DNA of 63,520 nucleotides, filler included, from Nemertoderma westbladi (taxonomy: Eukaryota; Animalia; Xenacoelomorpha): assembly GCA_032718475.1 (NCBI GenBank). It is 3 parts of 3 records of this genome, joined end to end, with 100 filler letters (N's around TTAATTAATTAA, not from the genome) between each part and the next. Parts side by side here need not be neighbours in the genome. Positions count along the whole stretch, not along the records: positions 56,448 to 63,520 come from JAUCBJ010003860.1; 2 more parts are not named here. One strand, written 5' to 3'. How positions within the stretch are numbered: the stretch's first letter is position 1; every line of letters starts with the position of its first letter. This document shows positions 60,500-63,520 of this stretch, piece by piece. The notes under the pieces are model-generated. The model was given only the letters and a program-made list of their open reading frames with translations, was not told where the DNA came from and did no database searches. The translations under genes and the position numbers were made by a program.

Positions 60500-63400
60500 T
60501 ATATCTTGCGGATTGCAACACATATCTTTTAATTTTAAAAACGCGCAAAACATTTATTGAAATCTCAAAATTTTCTTTCTTTAAAATGCATTCCACAAGG
60601 TTTAGTTGTTTATGCTCAAATTGTTCCGACATAAATGTATTAATATTAATATTAACCTTATCAATGCTTTGTAGTTCCAACTCACAGTGAACCCTCTCTA
60701 CTATGTAAGATTGATGACTTCCTGGATCAAAGAATACCCGAACCGGCATTGTCATTCCAGTTTTTGGATTAATACAATTAACTCGAGCTGTAACAGTAGT
60801 ATCCCTGCTCGAGGTCCTCTCTTTATAGACGTGTGGTGGGTGATGACGTTTTCCATAGCTTCAGCCTGTGAAACTTCACTAGAAATATTACTGGAAAGAC
60901 ATAAATTATCGTTATTTGAATTTGATACAGAAGTTGTTGCGTTTGAAATTCTATTAGAATTTTCGCAAATTGAACTATGATGTCTACCTTTACAATTTTT
61001 ACATCTACCACGGCTTTTACAAAAAGCCTTGGTATGTTTTAGTTTGATACAATTATAGCAGCGGCCTTCTTTTACGAGCAATTCTTTTCTTTTAGAAATG
61101 CCAGGGACAACATCACAAGCATCTGATTTATGATTGACAGATTTGCAATAAACACAAATTGAGGCTTGTTCTACAAATTCTCTTGTTCGTTATTCAGCTT
61201 TGAAAACACAAGCAGACATTGTAGGAACTGATTTATATGCTTTCGCTGTTTGTTGTTGATCTTGGTATTTGTTTGCTGGTTTACAAATAGTCTTGGGTGT
61301 AGTAATTTCAATTAATTCCCTATTTTCAATTTCTTTATCTAGATATTCTAATACTTTTGCCAGATCCCTTCTGGGATCCATTCTTGTTCATTATTGTGGT
61401 TGACTATGTTCTACGCATGTCCTTAGATCATTATAATGATGATGGGGTGATGATAACTCCACCTACTGGCTCCAGAAGTCGAGGAAATCCTGCCAAGTAC
61501 CTAACTGATCTAGACTTTGCTGATGACTTAGGAGTACTCTCAGAATCATTAGAGGGAGCCCAACGGCTCCTCAGCTCATTAGAACATGCTGCTTCTAGTG
61601 TTGGTCTTTTTATTAACTCCAGAAAGACCAAAATTCTGACAGTTAACTTTGAAAGTCCTCAGCAAGTCTCTGATCGGATGAGCATAAGCTCAAAGGATGG
61701 TATGCTTGAGCATGTGGACGACTTCTGTTACCTGGGATCATGGATCCGGAAGTCAGGTGAGGACCTTCGAATACGTAAGGGAAAGGCATGGGCAGCCTTG
61801 AACAGGATTTGGAAGTCACCGCGAATTAATCGGAAACTTAAGGTCCGATTATTTAGAGCAGCAGTAGTTCCAGTACTCCTCTACGGGAGTCCATGCTGGG
61901 CTCTAACTGCTGAGGACACCAAATCTCTGGATGGCACATTCACAAGAATGCTACGCCGGGTTCATTGTGTCAAGTACAATGCACACATCTCCAAGCAGAC
62001 ACTATATAACATTGGAGGTGTCTCATTGGTTCCCCCAAGCTTGACACTAGAACAAAATCGCCTCCGCTTTGCAGGACATTGCTTTCGCCGTGAGGACCAG
62101 CCAGTGCATAATCTTGTACTTTGGCAGCCTCATGGAGTGAATAAGCATGGTGGACAGCCCATGACTTTCTTGAGACGCATCTTAAAGGACACTGGCCTTA
62201 AAGATGCGGATGATCTAGCAAATGTCATGGGTGATAGGGAGTTGTGGCGGTGCAATTTTGTTGACAAGCCGGCACAGCATTCTTAAAAATGCAGCTGCAA
62301 TGCAGCATGCCGATGCCGATCCTAGTAGTAGTAGTAGTAGCCAGATCCCTTGGATTCGTTTCGTTTTGTTTGCATTGCCGCATTGTTTCCAACCTGATTT
62401 CTTCAGGGACCTTTTCTAGTATTTTACGCGTAATTGAAATTCCCAAGCACTGTTGATCTAAACCCAGAGCTTCCAAAGATCTAATGTGGACAAGACATTT
62501 GTCTAAAAAATTCCTTAAAACCCTTGCATTGGTAGAGGTAACAGGATCAATGGATTCTAATTTATCCATATGTGAATCAATTATCTTTTCCTTTTTTCCA
62601 AAACGATCCGTAAGCAATTTAATAGCCACCGGATAATTATCTGAGGTCAAGGACAAACCTTTGCATGATAACTTTGCTGCGCCATCTAAGGTACTATGTA
62701 AGTATTGAAACTTTTTTATAGCTGGTAGATTGGTTTTGTGGACAACGGATTCAAAACTATCCCACCAGGTCGTAAATTCTTCTACGTTGCCATCAAATTT
62801 AGGAAGATCTAATTTTGGTAAATGCACATTTGATTGTGGAGTTATATTGGTTGATCCTGTGGCTACGGGATCAGAATGTAAAAAACTAGCTTCAGCTTCC
62901 TCAGAAGTTTTTACCTTAGACAGAGACAAATTTATCTCATAAATATATTTATTTAATACACTATGATAAGAATTGGCATCAAAAATCGCCTTCTCAATTT
63001 GATCAATATCAACAACTGTGTAAATATCTTGGTCTACCTTTTCAATATCCTTTTGAGGTACCAGCATAGCGTTGAGGTGCATTTCCAGTTCGTTGAATGT
63101 GAAAGTAGACAGATCCTTGGACATCAGTTGTGTTGCCCATGATCGAAGACCTGATCTTCTCTTCATTTTTCTTTTGAAGTCTTCGTCCATGGTCGTGGAC
63201 TCTTTGTAGCAATTGTAGCTGAGTGATAGGATTTCCCGGTCGGGGAGCCAATTGTTGAGGAGTCGGTACGGGGAAGTTAGTAGTAAAAAAAAAACACAAC
63301 TACAACTACAACTAAAAACTAGTAAACTACAACTAACTAAAATCTTTATATTCCGACAAAACTACAGTAGTAATATAATTTAATCCAAACCACACAAACA

Positions 63401-63520
63401 CACAAAATAATTACAAAAGAATGAATATTAAGTCTAATACATAGAGTTTATATCAGTACATTGATTACGTAAAATACTTAGGTCGAACAGGTTATACATG
63501 GCAATAATGGTTTAAATGAT
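60500..63520 (-). mobile_element. BEL/Pao LTR retrotransposon 5' part (LTR, PBS, gag, protease), decayed
   Basis: LTR end ..AACA at 63253; PBS TGGCTCCCCGACCGGGAAAT at 63231-63250; gag from 63190 with LPKLDLPKFDG..WW..F (DUF1759-like); zinc knuckles C-x2-C-x4-H-x4-C; protease FDPGS..SYI; in-frame stop at 61190 and a frameshift near 60780. Confidence 0.9.
61371..62339 (+). mobile_element. 5'-truncated RTE LINE inserted in BEL/Pao gag
   Basis: Open 3' RT ORF, (TAG)n tail, exact 12-bp TSD GCCAGATCCCTT (61359-61370 and 62340-62351). Confidence 0.95.

Noticed and set aside
61187-61195. Programmed stop-codon readthrough in BEL/Pao gag
   Set aside because: The element has other lesions (LINE insertion, frameshift, truncation); a point mutation is simpler.

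Overview
Eukaryotic (invertebrate animal) genomic DNA, AT-rich and transposon-dense. It consists of three contigs joined by 100-bp N/TTAATTAATTAA/N spacers, so adjacency across 25.7 kb and 56.4 kb is not guaranteed. Genes: intronless PHGDH, PYROXD2 and a protein with 7 U1/matrin-type zinc fingers; the three last exons of PAS kinase (- strand), with a 4-exon chymotrypsin/elastase-like protease nested antisense in its last intron; syntenin (SDCBP, - strand, 5 exons visible), with an AidB/ACAD11-like acyl-CoA dehydrogenase nested antisense in one intron; and an orphan signal-peptide + PAN/Apple exon. Mobile DNA: RTE and L2/CR1 LINE fragments, tRNA-derived SINEs, several MITEs with TSDs, a solo LTR, a BEL/Pao element and Helentron-like elements. 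Most notable: (1) a ~4-kb array of ~65 copies of a 63-bp unit built from the syntenin exon-3 end plus its 5' splice site; (2) two diverged ~147-bp tandem arrays in Helentron-like elements whose units carry CTCF-like core+upstream motifs; (3) a mobile element without terminal inverted repeats, always flanked by ACA, that has inserted into a copy of itself within a four-level transposon nest. All identifications come from reading the sequence and recalling family motifs; no searches were run.
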